A stretch of 64,000 bases of DNA, taken from the NCBI GenBank assembly GCA_040219255.1, contig JAVJSW010000073.1, positions 1 to 64,000 of the forward strand, in the 5' to 3' direction. Shown one piece after another: positions 8,491 through 16,340 of this stretch (position 1 is the stretch's first letter; every line of letters starts with the position of its first letter). The position numbers were made by a program, and so were the translations under genes. The DNA comes from Sumerlaeia bacterium (GTDB taxonomy: Bacteria > Sumerlaeota > Sumerlaeia > SLMS01 > JAHLLQ01). The notes under the pieces are model-generated. The model did not search any database, had not been told where the DNA came from, and worked only from the letters and a program-made list of their open reading frames with translations.

Positions 8491-9608
8491 CCCTTTCCGC
8501 CTTTCACTTTCGGCTTCACGTACTCGATGACGAGACCGGCGAGTTTCTCCGGGTCCACCATGGCGTTGGCGCAATGGGTTTTCAGTTCGTTTTCGATGTA
8601 GGTGGTGCCGACGGCGTTGTCGGTGACGGGACCGCTGAGGATTTCCGGAACGTGCTTCAGGTCCTCAAGGTACTTCACGCCGCCCCAGGCGCCCACGATA
8701 TCGTTGGCGCAGAGGATGCGGCAGGCGGTGCGCTCGCGGATACTGTCGTCCTCCAGGACGGAACGGCCATTGTAGCCGCCGATGATGCCGTCGCCGAGTT
8801 CGAGCACGATGACGTCCGGGTCGGATTCTTCGAGGTGGGCGATGACCGAGCGAGCGACGGTTGCGAGGTCTTTCGTGAGAACCGTGCTGGGCAGGCCGTA
8901 GTTCAGGAACGAGGCGGTTTCGATGGCGCCATTGTCGCCCATGGCGAGGGTGTCGCGCAGCGCCGCGACGCCGGCCAATTTACCCGCCGCGATGCGCATC
9001 GGCGGGTGCATTTTCGAGCCGTGGGAGAGGATGCGAATCGTCTCCGTGGCGGCGTAGGTCTTGCCCGAGTTCATGCAGGTTCCCAGCACCAGGACCAGCG
9101 GCGGTCCTTCCTTGGCCAGTCCGGCGCAGGGCGGCAGCCCATAATCCTTGATGTTGAGCGGCTTGCCGTCGCGCACGATGCACCCCATGATTTCGATGGG
9201 GATGGGCGGGCCCATGGCCTTGTTGGGCTGGGGGCAAACGCCCATCACGCCCGCCATGTTCAGCATGGCCAGCACCTGGCCCACCTCGACGCGGTCCGGA
9301 ATATGGCCCATGTAGCCGTGGAGCGCCATGCGGGCGCCGAGAGCCCCGGCCACCAGATTGCCCTTCACGATCTTCGCCTTGCGGCCCGTCGGCAGTTCCA
9401 TCTCACCGTAGGAGCGGTGCTCGCCGAGCGCTTTGCCGACGATGACGATGCCTTCCTCGGCGGGGATGGTGGGGCTGATTTCCACGATCCCGCCAAGACG
9501 CGCGGGACTGGTGACCGAGCCGATTCGGTCCAGGCGGACTTTTCGGTTCAGCTTGGCAGCGAAGGACGGGTCCGGCTGGTTCTTGCGCGTCGAGATGGCT
9601 TCGATCAT
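8487..9608 (-). CDS. DUF1611/DgcN-like P-loop protein, first gene of the arg block
   Basis: P-loop-like VLGTCMNSGKT, then KLAGVAALRD, VLELGDG, LSGPVTDN. GGGAG before MIEAIS. Translationally coupled to argC. Confidence 0.7.
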   Translation of the reverse strand: MIEAISTRKNQPDPSFAAKLNRKVRLDRIGSVTSPARLGGIVEISPTIPAEEGIVIVGKALGEHRSYGEMELPTGRKAKIVKGNLVAGALGARMALHGYMGHIPDRVEVGQVLAMLNMAGVMGVCPQPNKAMGPPIPIEIMGCIVRDGKPLNIKDYGLPPCAGLAKEGPPLVLVLGTCMNSGKTYAATETIRILSHGSKMHPPMRIAAGKLAGVAALRDTLAMGDNGAIETASFLNYGLPSTVLTKDLATVARSVIAHLEESDPDVIVLELGDGIIGGYNGRSVLEDDSIRERTACRILCANDIVGAWGGVKYLEDLKHVPEILSGPVTDNAVGTTYIENELKTHCANAMVDPEKLAGLVIEYVKPKVKGGKG

Positions 9609-9693
9609 CGGATTGGGGGTGCTCCCTGGAAAAAAGAAGAACTGAAAAAGAAGACGAGCCGCGCCCTTTTGAGGCCCGGCGTCACAATCAGCA

Positions 9694-9724
9694 AGAATAC
9701 CACACAGACCCCGCCAGGATTCAA
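9694..9724 (-). promoter_or_regulatory. Possible sigma70 promoter of the arg block
   Basis: Minus strand TTGAAT-N19-TATTCT with an extended -10 TG. The spacer is longer than canonical. Confidence 0.3.
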
Positions 9725-9835
9725 GGCCGGACCGCGTCATGACCAAGGTTTTTTTCGGGCCATCGAAGGGGAATTCTTCGCTCCCCTCGCATAAGCGCCC
9801 TTGCCTTTGGCCCCGGATTGACCGAAATAGCCACC

Positions 9836-11032
9836 ATGACGATCTCTGTGACCTCCCCAAGCCCTGATCCCTCTGTGGTTATCCCGTCCGCCCAACACCT
9901 CCAGCCCACCCTTGCCGCCTGGCGCCGCCACCTGCACGCCCACCCGGAAGTGAGCTATGAGGAGGCGGAGACTTCCGCTTTTCTCAAACGGCATGTCGCC
10001 GCCCTCGGCCTGGCCATCACACCGGTCCCGGATCGCCATGGTTTCTGGGTCGATCTGGGGCCGGGCGAAGGGCCGCGCCTTCTGCTGCGCGCCGACATGG
10101 ACGCCTTGCCCATCGCCGAGAGAAACACCCACGACTTCGCCAGCCAACGCCCCGGCGCCGGCCACCTCTGCGGCCACGATTTCCACAGCGCCTGGCTGCT
10201 GGGCGCGGCGACGCTGCTGGCTCGCCGGGCGGGCGAGCTGCCGCGTGGGGTGCGGCTCCTCTTTCAACACAGCGAGGAAGAACCCGGCGGTGCCAAAGAC
10301 TGCATCGCCGCGGGGGCGCTGGAGGGAGTCGATCGATGCTTTGCGCTCCACGTCTCGCCCGAGGTGCCGCTGGGCCAGATGGCGCTGCGGGTGGGCGGGC
10401 TCCACGCCGGTTCGACCAAGTTCACCCTGACCATCACCGGCCGCGGAGGCCACGGCGCCCGGCCCCATGAATGCGCCGACCCCATCCTGGCGCAGGCGGC
10501 GATCATCCAGGGACTTCAGCACATCGTCTCGCGCCGCACCGATCCGCTCGATTGCGCCGTCGTGACCGTCGGAATGATCCAGGGCGGCGAAGCCTATAAC
10601 GCCATCCCGAGCACCGTAACCCTGATCGGCACCGCGCGCGGCCATTCCGTCGAGACCGTGGACCGGGTTTCCCGCGAGATTGAGGAGGTCGCCCGCGCCA
10701 TCGCCGGGGCGCATGGGTGCTCGGTGGCGTGCGAGACAATTTTCGGTGGGCCGCCGCTGCAAAACGACCCGCAGGCCATCGCCGCGCTGACGGCTGCGGG
10801 GCGGGCCGTTCTGGGCGAGGAGAATGTCCTGGAAGCGCCGCGCCGCATGGGGGGCGAGGACTTCGCCTTTATCGCGCAGGAGCGGCCGAGCGCGTTCGGT
10901 CTGCTGGGCGGAGCACGCCCGGATCGGGAAAATCCGCCGCTCCATCATCCGCGCTTCGATCCGGACGAGGAAGCGCTCTGGCGCGGGGCGGCGATCCTCG
11001 CCACGGTGGCGCTGCGGGGTGGCGCCACCTGA
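9836..11032 (+). CDS. M20D-family amidohydrolase (N-acyl-amino-acid deacylase-like)
   Basis: RRHLHAHPE, RADMDALP, HLCGHD, FQHSEE, GGHGARPH, GGEDF, LHHPRF. Confidence 0.9.
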   Translation: MTISVTSPSPDPSVVIPSAQHLQPTLAAWRRHLHAHPEVSYEEAETSAFLKRHVAALGLAITPVPDRHGFWVDLGPGEGPRLLLRADMDALPIAERNTHDFASQRPGAGHLCGHDFHSAWLLGAATLLARRAGELPRGVRLLFQHSEEEPGGAKDCIAAGALEGVDRCFALHVSPEVPLGQMALRVGGLHAGSTKFTLTITGRGGHGARPHECADPILAQAAIIQGLQHIVSRRTDPLDCAVVTVGMIQGGEAYNAIPSTVTLIGTARGHSVETVDRVSREIEEVARAIAGAHGCSVACETIFGGPPLQNDPQAIAALTAAGRAVLGEENVLEAPRRMGGEDFAFIAQERPSAFGLLGGARPDRENPPLHHPRFDPDEEALWRGAAILATVALRGGAT

Positions 11033-11612
11033 TCCAAAGTTCCACCGCCGCCAGCGGCACCACCCAACACCCCCACGCCGCCACGCGATAGAGCACCGTG
11101 TAATCCCAACCGGCGTACACCCCGACGTTCAGCGCCAGCCGCAGAGTGACCGCCGCGAAGGTCAGCGCGTAATTGCGCATCATCCACAGCCGGTGTTCGG
11201 CGAACCGCCGCCCGCGCGCCGACCGATACGCCCACCATCCGGTCCAGGCCCAGAGGATCGCCAGGACGCTGAGGCCCACCTGAGCCACTGGCCCGCCGAA
11301 GGCCATCGCCGCCATGTAGAGGCCGGTGGGGGCTCCGAGGGCGACGGCGAGCATGTAAGTTCTGCCGACGTAGCGATGCACGACCCGCCACCGCCCCCGA
11401 AACGTCAGGAAGGCCACCGGCCCCAGCGCCAACGCCGCAATGCCGCAGACAGCGTGCACGAGGATGACGGGCAGGTGGGCGGCGTACTTGGCGCGAAAGA
11501 GGGGGTCGAAGACTTCCGTGTCGAACGTGACGAACTGCACCGACGTCCAGGCCGTGCGAACGGCGAGGGCGGCCATGAGGGCGAAAGCGGTGGTGCGGAG
11601 GAGGTCTTTCAT
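10869..11612 (-). CDS. DUF2306-type membrane protein
   Basis: VHAVCG, HRYVGRTY, HRLWMMRNYALTFAAVTLR and six hydrophobic segments. The 3' end overlaps the M20 gene by 164 nt. Confidence 0.8.
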   Translation of the reverse strand: MKDLLRTTAFALMAALAVRTAWTSVQFVTFDTEVFDPLFRAKYAAHLPVILVHAVCGIAALALGPVAFLTFRGRWRVVHRYVGRTYMLAVALGAPTGLYMAAMAFGGPVAQVGLSVLAILWAWTGWWAYRSARGRRFAEHRLWMMRNYALTFAAVTLRLALNVGVYAGWDYTVLYRVAAWGCWVVPLAAVELWIRWRHPAAPPWRGSPPRARALPRPDRSADDGAADFPDPGVLRPADRTRSAAPAR

Positions 11613-11622
11613 GAGCTTTATT

Positions 11623-11650
11623 TTAACGCGAAGGTGCGAAGGTGAGAAGG
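11623..11650 (+). repeat. Short periodic purine-rich repeat, copy 1
   Basis: TTAACGCGAAGGTGCGAAGGTGAGAAGG; related to the element at 12210. Confidence 0.55.
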
Positions 11651-11653
11651 GGG

Positions 11654-12190
11654 TTACTGATCTTCTGAATGGAGTGGCCTCCGATAATGAAACATATCGC
11701 CGACGCTGGTCATGCCGTTCGTTGGATCGTAGCGATAGCGCTCTACGTCGTCATTACTTTGCATATAATTCAATAAATCCTGGGGTTTGAGTTGCCACGT
11801 GTTGTCCGGGCCGATGCTCATGATGACGAAGGATTCCTCGGACGCCGCATAAGCGAGGCGGCGGTCGTCTCCCTTCTGAAAGGCATCCGTTCCAATTCCT
11901 TCTTCAAGTCCGGCAGGGAGCCTGTGGGGCGTGGCGGAAGTGTCGGGTGGGGGAAATTGAACTTGCTTCTTGTGGTATTGGTCGAGAAATCCCGCCGTGG
12001 CTCGTAGCGAATGTGTGACGTCCTTCCGCCTGTTGTAGGCGATGTTCTCCGGAATTCGGGAGACTTGCATCAACAAAAAGACCAATGCGATAAACAAAAG
12101 GACGCCAAAGGTTGACCATCGCTCGCGCTTGCGGCTCGGCTTGGCGGGATAGCTTTTGAGGATGTCGTTCATTTCCGGGAGCTGTGGCAT
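11654..12190 (-). CDS. Pilin/GspG-like single-TM protein with YDPTNG motif (paralogue 3)
   Basis: One N-proximal TM, LDQYHKKQVQFP, SIGPD, RYDPTNGMTSVGD. Visibly lower GC than its neighbours. Confidence 0.7.
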   Translation of the reverse strand: MPQLPEMNDILKSYPAKPSRKRERWSTFGVLLFIALVFLLMQVSRIPENIAYNRRKDVTHSLRATAGFLDQYHKKQVQFPPPDTSATPHRLPAGLEEGIGTDAFQKGDDRRLAYAASEESFVIMSIGPDNTWQLKPQDLLNYMQSNDDVERYRYDPTNGMTSVGDMFHYRRPLHSEDQ

Positions 12191-12209
12191 TTAAGGCTGT
12201 CTTTTTAAA

Positions 12210-12246
12210 TTAACGCAAAGGTGCAAAGAGGCAAAGGTGCAAAGGG
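12210..12246 (+). repeat. Short periodic purine-rich repeat, copy 2 (8-nt GCAAAGNN x4)
   Basis: TTAAC GCAAAGGT GCAAAGAG GCAAAGGT GCAAAGGG. Confidence 0.65.
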
Positions 12247-12290
12247 GGTGGTGATGTTTTGGCAAGGGTGGTGTAAAACAATTATTAATC

Positions 12291-12328
12291 CCTCCGTGTA
12301 ACCTCTGTCCTCTGTGCCCTCTCTGGTT
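12291..12328 (+). repeat. Short pyrimidine-rich periodic repeat (CCTCTGT-like units)
   Basis: CCTCCGTGTAACCTCTGTCCTCTGTGCCCTCTCTGGTT in the same AT-rich spacer. Confidence 0.5.
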
Positions 12329-12330
12329 AT

Positions 12331-12849
12331 TTATTCCAGCCGCTCCCCGCCACCCACAAACACATAGTCCCCGAGGCTGAAAAGTCCGTTCGTTGGATCG
12401 TAGCGTACATCGGCCGCCCTTGGCAGATCGCTCTCCAGCTTTTCGATGCCCAGACCAAGCCATTCGTCGGCGCGCACTTCGTATTCGCCGTTGGGGCCTT
12501 GGGCGTGGAGGACGTAGCGCTGGCCGTCGGTGAAGTAGGCGATGGGCAGGCGGTCGAGGTAGGAACTGGTGTCGATGGGCAGTTCGTCCATAACGCCTGG
12601 CGGGAGCTTATAGATGTAGGTGCCTTGCGGGGAAATGATTTCGCCGGGGGGGTAAAACCCATGGTCGGCGTGATAGTTCTCCAGGGCATTGGCCATGGCA
12701 GCCATGCCGGTTTCAATGGCGTCGCGGCTGGAGCGGGCGCCTTCGGCGGGGGAGAGGAGGACGAGGTAGCCGAAGGCCCCTGCAAAGCCGGCGAGAACGG
12801 CGGCTCCGGCAGCGATTTCGGCCCAGGCGGCGGGGGAGCGGCGGGTCAT
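12331..12849 (-). CDS. Pilin/GspG-like single-TM protein with YDPTNG motif (paralogue 2)
   Basis: N-terminal hydrophobic helix, ALENYHADHGFYP, AQGPN, RYDPTNGLFSLGD. ATGA overlap with the upstream gene. Confidence 0.75.
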   Translation of the reverse strand: MTRRSPAAWAEIAAGAAVLAGFAGAFGYLVLLSPAEGARSSRDAIETGMAAMANALENYHADHGFYPPGEIISPQGTYIYKLPPGVMDELPIDTSSYLDRLPIAYFTDGQRYVLHAQGPNGEYEVRADEWLGLGIEKLESDLPRAADVRYDPTNGLFSLGDYVFVGGGERLE

Positions 12850-13466
12850 GGCTGGGGGGCCTTGGGTTGCGGACCCCAGTGGATCAGGTCGCCGGGGCTG
12901 ATAATCCCATTGGTGGGGTCGTAAGATCGGTTCAGATTTTCCGGTCGCCGAAAGGGCACACGAAGACTTGAAATACCCGGCTGAAAGTCCGCTGCCGAAA
13001 GCTCATCGAGGGCGGCCGCCAGATCCATCTCATACCGCTCGTCGGGCCCGGGTGAACTGAGCACCCAGTGCGCGCCATCGGTGGCGTAGAGCATCGGGTA
13101 ATCGCCGCCGGGTGAGAAGGGATCGCGCGGCACGCCGTATTGCTCGCTTCCGGGCGGCAAGACAAGGGGGCTGGCAAACTCGGCGGTCGTGGCGCCCGCG
13201 TCGGCAAGCAATTTGAGGCTCAGGCTGGTGTCCGCTGCCGCCTGGATAGGAGGATAGACGCCGTGGATCTCGCGATAGCCTTCGAGCCACGTACCCATGG
13301 CGCGGGCGTCGGCGCGAAAGCGCGAGACTTTGGAGCGCGGCACGGCATCCTGTCCTCGCAGAAGGAAGCTGGGAGCGACGACGATCGCGACCACCGCAAG
13401 CACAAGAAAGACGACAATCCCCTCGATCAAGGTCAGGGCGCGGGCGGTTTTTCGAAGACGGCGCAT
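12846..13466 (-). CDS. Prepilin/pseudopilin (GspG-like) with class III signal peptide and YDPTNG motif (paralogue 1)
   Basis: MRRLRKTARA/LTLIE (Glu at +5) plus a hydrophobic helix, LEGYREIHGVYP, PRDPF, SSPGPD, SYDPTNGIISPGD. GGGAG RBS. Confidence 0.8.
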   Translation of the reverse strand: MRRLRKTARALTLIEGIVVFLVLAVVAIVVAPSFLLRGQDAVPRSKVSRFRADARAMGTWLEGYREIHGVYPPIQAAADTSLSLKLLADAGATTAEFASPLVLPPGSEQYGVPRDPFSPGGDYPMLYATDGAHWVLSSPGPDERYEMDLAAALDELSAADFQPGISSLRVPFRRPENLNRSYDPTNGIISPGDLIHWGPQPKAPQP

Positions 13467-13701
13467 AATTTGTCTCCCGGGTTCTGCAAAGCATTCTGCC
13501 CTTAAGTATGCTGCCGCGTCGAGGTGGTTTCCCGGCGAAATGGACCACCGAGGTGGTTTTCTGGCGGCCGACTGATGAATGCTTTACCAGATTGGGAAAG
13601 CTTTTTCCTATCATTGGCCTTGCGAGGAAACAGGCGGCGCTCCCATTTTCCGCGCACTATTTCGCGCGGTTTCGAAACCCGCCGCGCCAGGAGTTCGCCC
13701 T

Positions 13702-15759
13702 TTGTCCCGATCCCCGTCCCGCAGCCTCCTCCGGACTGTGGCGTTGTTTTGCCTGTGGGCGGCGGCGATGGGGGCGAGGCCGCCGGTGGCAGGGGCGCAA
13801 TCCGGTTCGGCGAGCAAGTCGCTGGCGCCTGAGGCGAGCGCTGCTCAACCGGTCGAGTACCGAAGCGGCGGCCGCGGGATCCAGGCCTACGTGGCGCTCG
13901 ACCGGTACGCGGTCGAGACGACGGACGCGGACGGTTTGCGGACCTTCGAGGTGCTTTCCCCGGGCACGTCCGGGTCGCTGAAAGCGCTGGAGACGGCGGC
14001 TTCCGCACGGCGGAGCAAGCCGCTGGCGATCATCTACCCCACGGCCCGAGCGGCGCGCGATGGGAAGGGCGGCGTCCTGACGCGCCGCGTGGCGGTGAAG
14101 CCAAAGCCGGGGGTGGACGTGGGGGTGCTTGCGGCGCACCATGGCGCCCGCGTCGCCGGGCCGGTGGAGGCTGTACCAGGCGCCTGGACGCTGGAGCCCG
14201 CTTCGGGCGGATTGCTGGCGCCGCTGGATTTGGTGAATGCGCTGGCCGTGGATCGGGAAGCGGTGGAGTACGCCACGCCGCTCATCGCGCGCCAGCACGC
14301 GCCGCGCTTTGTGGCCAACGATCCGCTCTTTCCGAATCAATGGTCGCTTCTCAACACCGGCCAGGGCGACGGCGTCGCCGGGGAAGATGCCAGGGTATCG
14401 CTGGCCTGGGCCGACGCCGATGGCAACGGGGTCGTGGTGGCGATCACCGACGATGGCCTGGAATGGGATCATCCGGACTTGCGGACGCGCTACCGGCCGG
14501 ATTTGAGCTACGATTTCAACAGCAACGACGCGGACCCATCGCCGAAGTCCGAAGATGCCCACGGAACGTCCTGCGCCGGCGTCGCGGCGGCCACGGGGGG
14601 CAACGGCCAAGGGATTTCAGGCGCCGCTCCCTTCGCCGATCTGGCGGGCATTCGCCTCATCGCCGCGCCCACGACAGACGAACAAGACGCCGCCGCCTTT
14701 GCCTTTGGCACCACCGATACCCTCCGCCAAATCCACATCAAATCCAACAGTTGGGGCCCCGAGGACGACGGGCAGACGCTCAACGGGCCTGAACCCCTGG
14801 CGATGGATGCCCTCCTCGGCGCCATCCGCGAAGGGCGCGGTGGCCGGGGGACGATCTTCATGTGGGCGGCTGGCAACGGGCGAGCTTTCTCCGATTCGAT
14901 CAACGCCGATGGCTTCGCCTCGAGCCGCTATACGCTCGCGGTTGGGGCCTCGACGAACCGCGGGGGCGTGGCGAGCTATGGCGAAATGGGCGCCGCCATC
15001 GTGGTGAACGCGCCCAGCAGCGGCGGGTCGCTGGCGATGACGACGACCGACCTGACGGGCCGCGACGGCATCGACCGCACCGATTACCGCAGCAATTTCG
15101 GCGGCACGTCGGCGGCCTGTCCGCTGGCGGCGGGGGTGGTGGCGCTCATGCTCCAGGTCAACCCGGAGCTGACCTGGCGCGATGTGCAGCATCTCCTGAT
15201 CGTGACCGCCACGCAAAACGACCCCGCCAATCCCAGCTGGTTCACCAACGGCGCCGGGCTGCATTTCAGCCACGATTTCGGCTTCGGCCGAATCGACGCC
15301 CAGGCGGCGGTGGCGATGGCGCGCGACTGGCCGGGCCTGCGGCCCGAGGCCGAGCCGCTGATCGAGGTCGAACAGTTGGCCTTCGCCATTCCCGACAACT
15401 CGGCCGAAGGGATCACCCGCCCCGCCAACGTCGAGGCCCCGCCGGGTTTTGTGATCGAGCATGTCGAGGTCGTCGGCGATATCCTCCACACTTTTCGTGG
15501 CGATCTGCGGATCGAGCTCACATCGCCCCAGGGTACGACCTCCACCCTGATGATCCCGCGCGAGGACGGCGGCAGCAACTACATGGGCTGGACCTTCACC
15601 AGCGTCGCCCATTGGGGCGAGGACCCGGCGGGCGAGTGGCGCCTGCGCATCGCCGACGAACAGGCGATGGACGTGGGAGCGTTACAACGCTGGGAACTCA
15701 GGATTTACGGCCGGCGCGAACCGGTGCCTCAGAAATCCACCTGGGCGATTCTGGGGTAG
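13702..15759 (+). CDS. Secreted S8 serine protease, kexin/furin-like, with P-domain
   Basis: Triad AITDDG, HGTSCAG, GGTSAACP; oxyanion WAAGNG; SNSWGP, LTWRDVQH, FGFGRIDA; P-domain HTFRGDL...WGEDPAGEWRL. TTG start 8 nt after AGGAG, followed by a signal peptide. Confidence 0.92.
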   Translation: MSRSPSRSLLRTVALFCLWAAAMGARPPVAGAQSGSASKSLAPEASAAQPVEYRSGGRGIQAYVALDRYAVETTDADGLRTFEVLSPGTSGSLKALETAASARRSKPLAIIYPTARAARDGKGGVLTRRVAVKPKPGVDVGVLAAHHGARVAGPVEAVPGAWTLEPASGGLLAPLDLVNALAVDREAVEYATPLIARQHAPRFVANDPLFPNQWSLLNTGQGDGVAGEDARVSLAWADADGNGVVVAITDDGLEWDHPDLRTRYRPDLSYDFNSNDADPSPKSEDAHGTSCAGVAAATGGNGQGISGAAPFADLAGIRLIAAPTTDEQDAAAFAFGTTDTLRQIHIKSNSWGPEDDGQTLNGPEPLAMDALLGAIREGRGGRGTIFMWAAGNGRAFSDSINADGFASSRYTLAVGASTNRGGVASYGEMGAAIVVNAPSSGGSLAMTTTDLTGRDGIDRTDYRSNFGGTSAACPLAAGVVALMLQVNPELTWRDVQHLLIVTATQNDPANPSWFTNGAGLHFSHDFGFGRIDAQAAVAMARDWPGLRPEAEPLIEVEQLAFAIPDNSAEGITRPANVEAPPGFVIEHVEVVGDILHTFRGDLRIELTSPQGTTSTLMIPREDGGSNYMGWTFTSVAHWGEDPAGEWRLRIADEQAMDVGALQRWELRIYGRREPVPQKSTWAILG

Positions 15760-16340
15760 GCGGCGGGCGTCACCAGGAACCGTCGGGGCCATTCGGCGGC
15801 CTTCTTGATGCCGATGCGCGGGGTGACCTGGATGTCTTCCAGGGGAGCGCGGTGCCCCTTCAGGAGCCGAAGCGGGCTCGCTGGATCGAGCAAATCCGTG
15901 CGGTCGAGTTCCATGCCGAAGGCAAGGGCTTGCGTGAGTTTGCCGGGGCCATCGGTCAGGCCTTTGACAGGCTTGGGCTCGGGCCAGGTGCGGGTCTGCC
16001 GCATCGCTTCGATGCCCGCGATGGGCCACAGCGCCCGCAGCAGAACGCCCTGGCCGTGGCCTTCCGGGCCGGTGACCACGTTCAAGCAGCGGTGGATTCC
16101 GTAATTGATGTGGATGTACGCCAAGCCAGCGCGGCCGAACATGGCGCCGTTGCGGCGAGTTTCGCCGCGAAAGCAGTGCGACGCCGGGTCGTCTTCAGTA
16201 TAGGCCTCCGTTTCCACGACGATTCCGGCGCGAACGACCCGGTCGTCCGGCGAGACCCGCAACAGAATCGCCCCCAGCAGAGCCGGAGCGGCCTCCATGG
16301 CGCCAGCCTCCAAGACTTCCCGATCGAAAGCCTCTCGCAT
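15729..16340 (-). CDS. mpg: DNA-3-methyladenine glycosylase (MPG/Aag family)
   Basis: IVVETEAY, DPASH, YGIHRCLN, VLLRA, GPGKLTQAL, TPRIGI, PRRF. Alternative start at 16361. Confidence 0.9.
   Translation of the reverse strand: MREAFDREVLEAGAMEAAPALLGAILLRVSPDDRVVRAGIVVETEAYTEDDPASHCFRGETRRNGAMFGRAGLAYIHINYGIHRCLNVVTGPEGHGQGVLLRALWPIAGIEAMRQTRTWPEPKPVKGLTDGPGKLTQALAFGMELDRTDLLDPASPLRLLKGHRAPLEDIQVTPRIGIKKAAEWPRRFLVTPAAYPRIAQVDF

Noticed and set aside
5152-9608. LysW-dependent (amino-group carrier protein) pathway
   Set aside because: No small acidic LysW with an EDWGE end and no ATP-grasp LysX/ArgX is present, and the kinase is a typical ArgB.
12210-12328. CRISPR array or integron attC site
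   Set aside because: Units are 7-9 nt with no unique spacers, there are no cas or integrase genes, and I saw no attC-type inverted core pair.
13485-13501. Sigma54 promoter for the pilin-like genes (GGCAGAATGCTTTGC on the minus strand)
   Set aside because: GG-to-GC spacing is 11 nt rather than the required 10.
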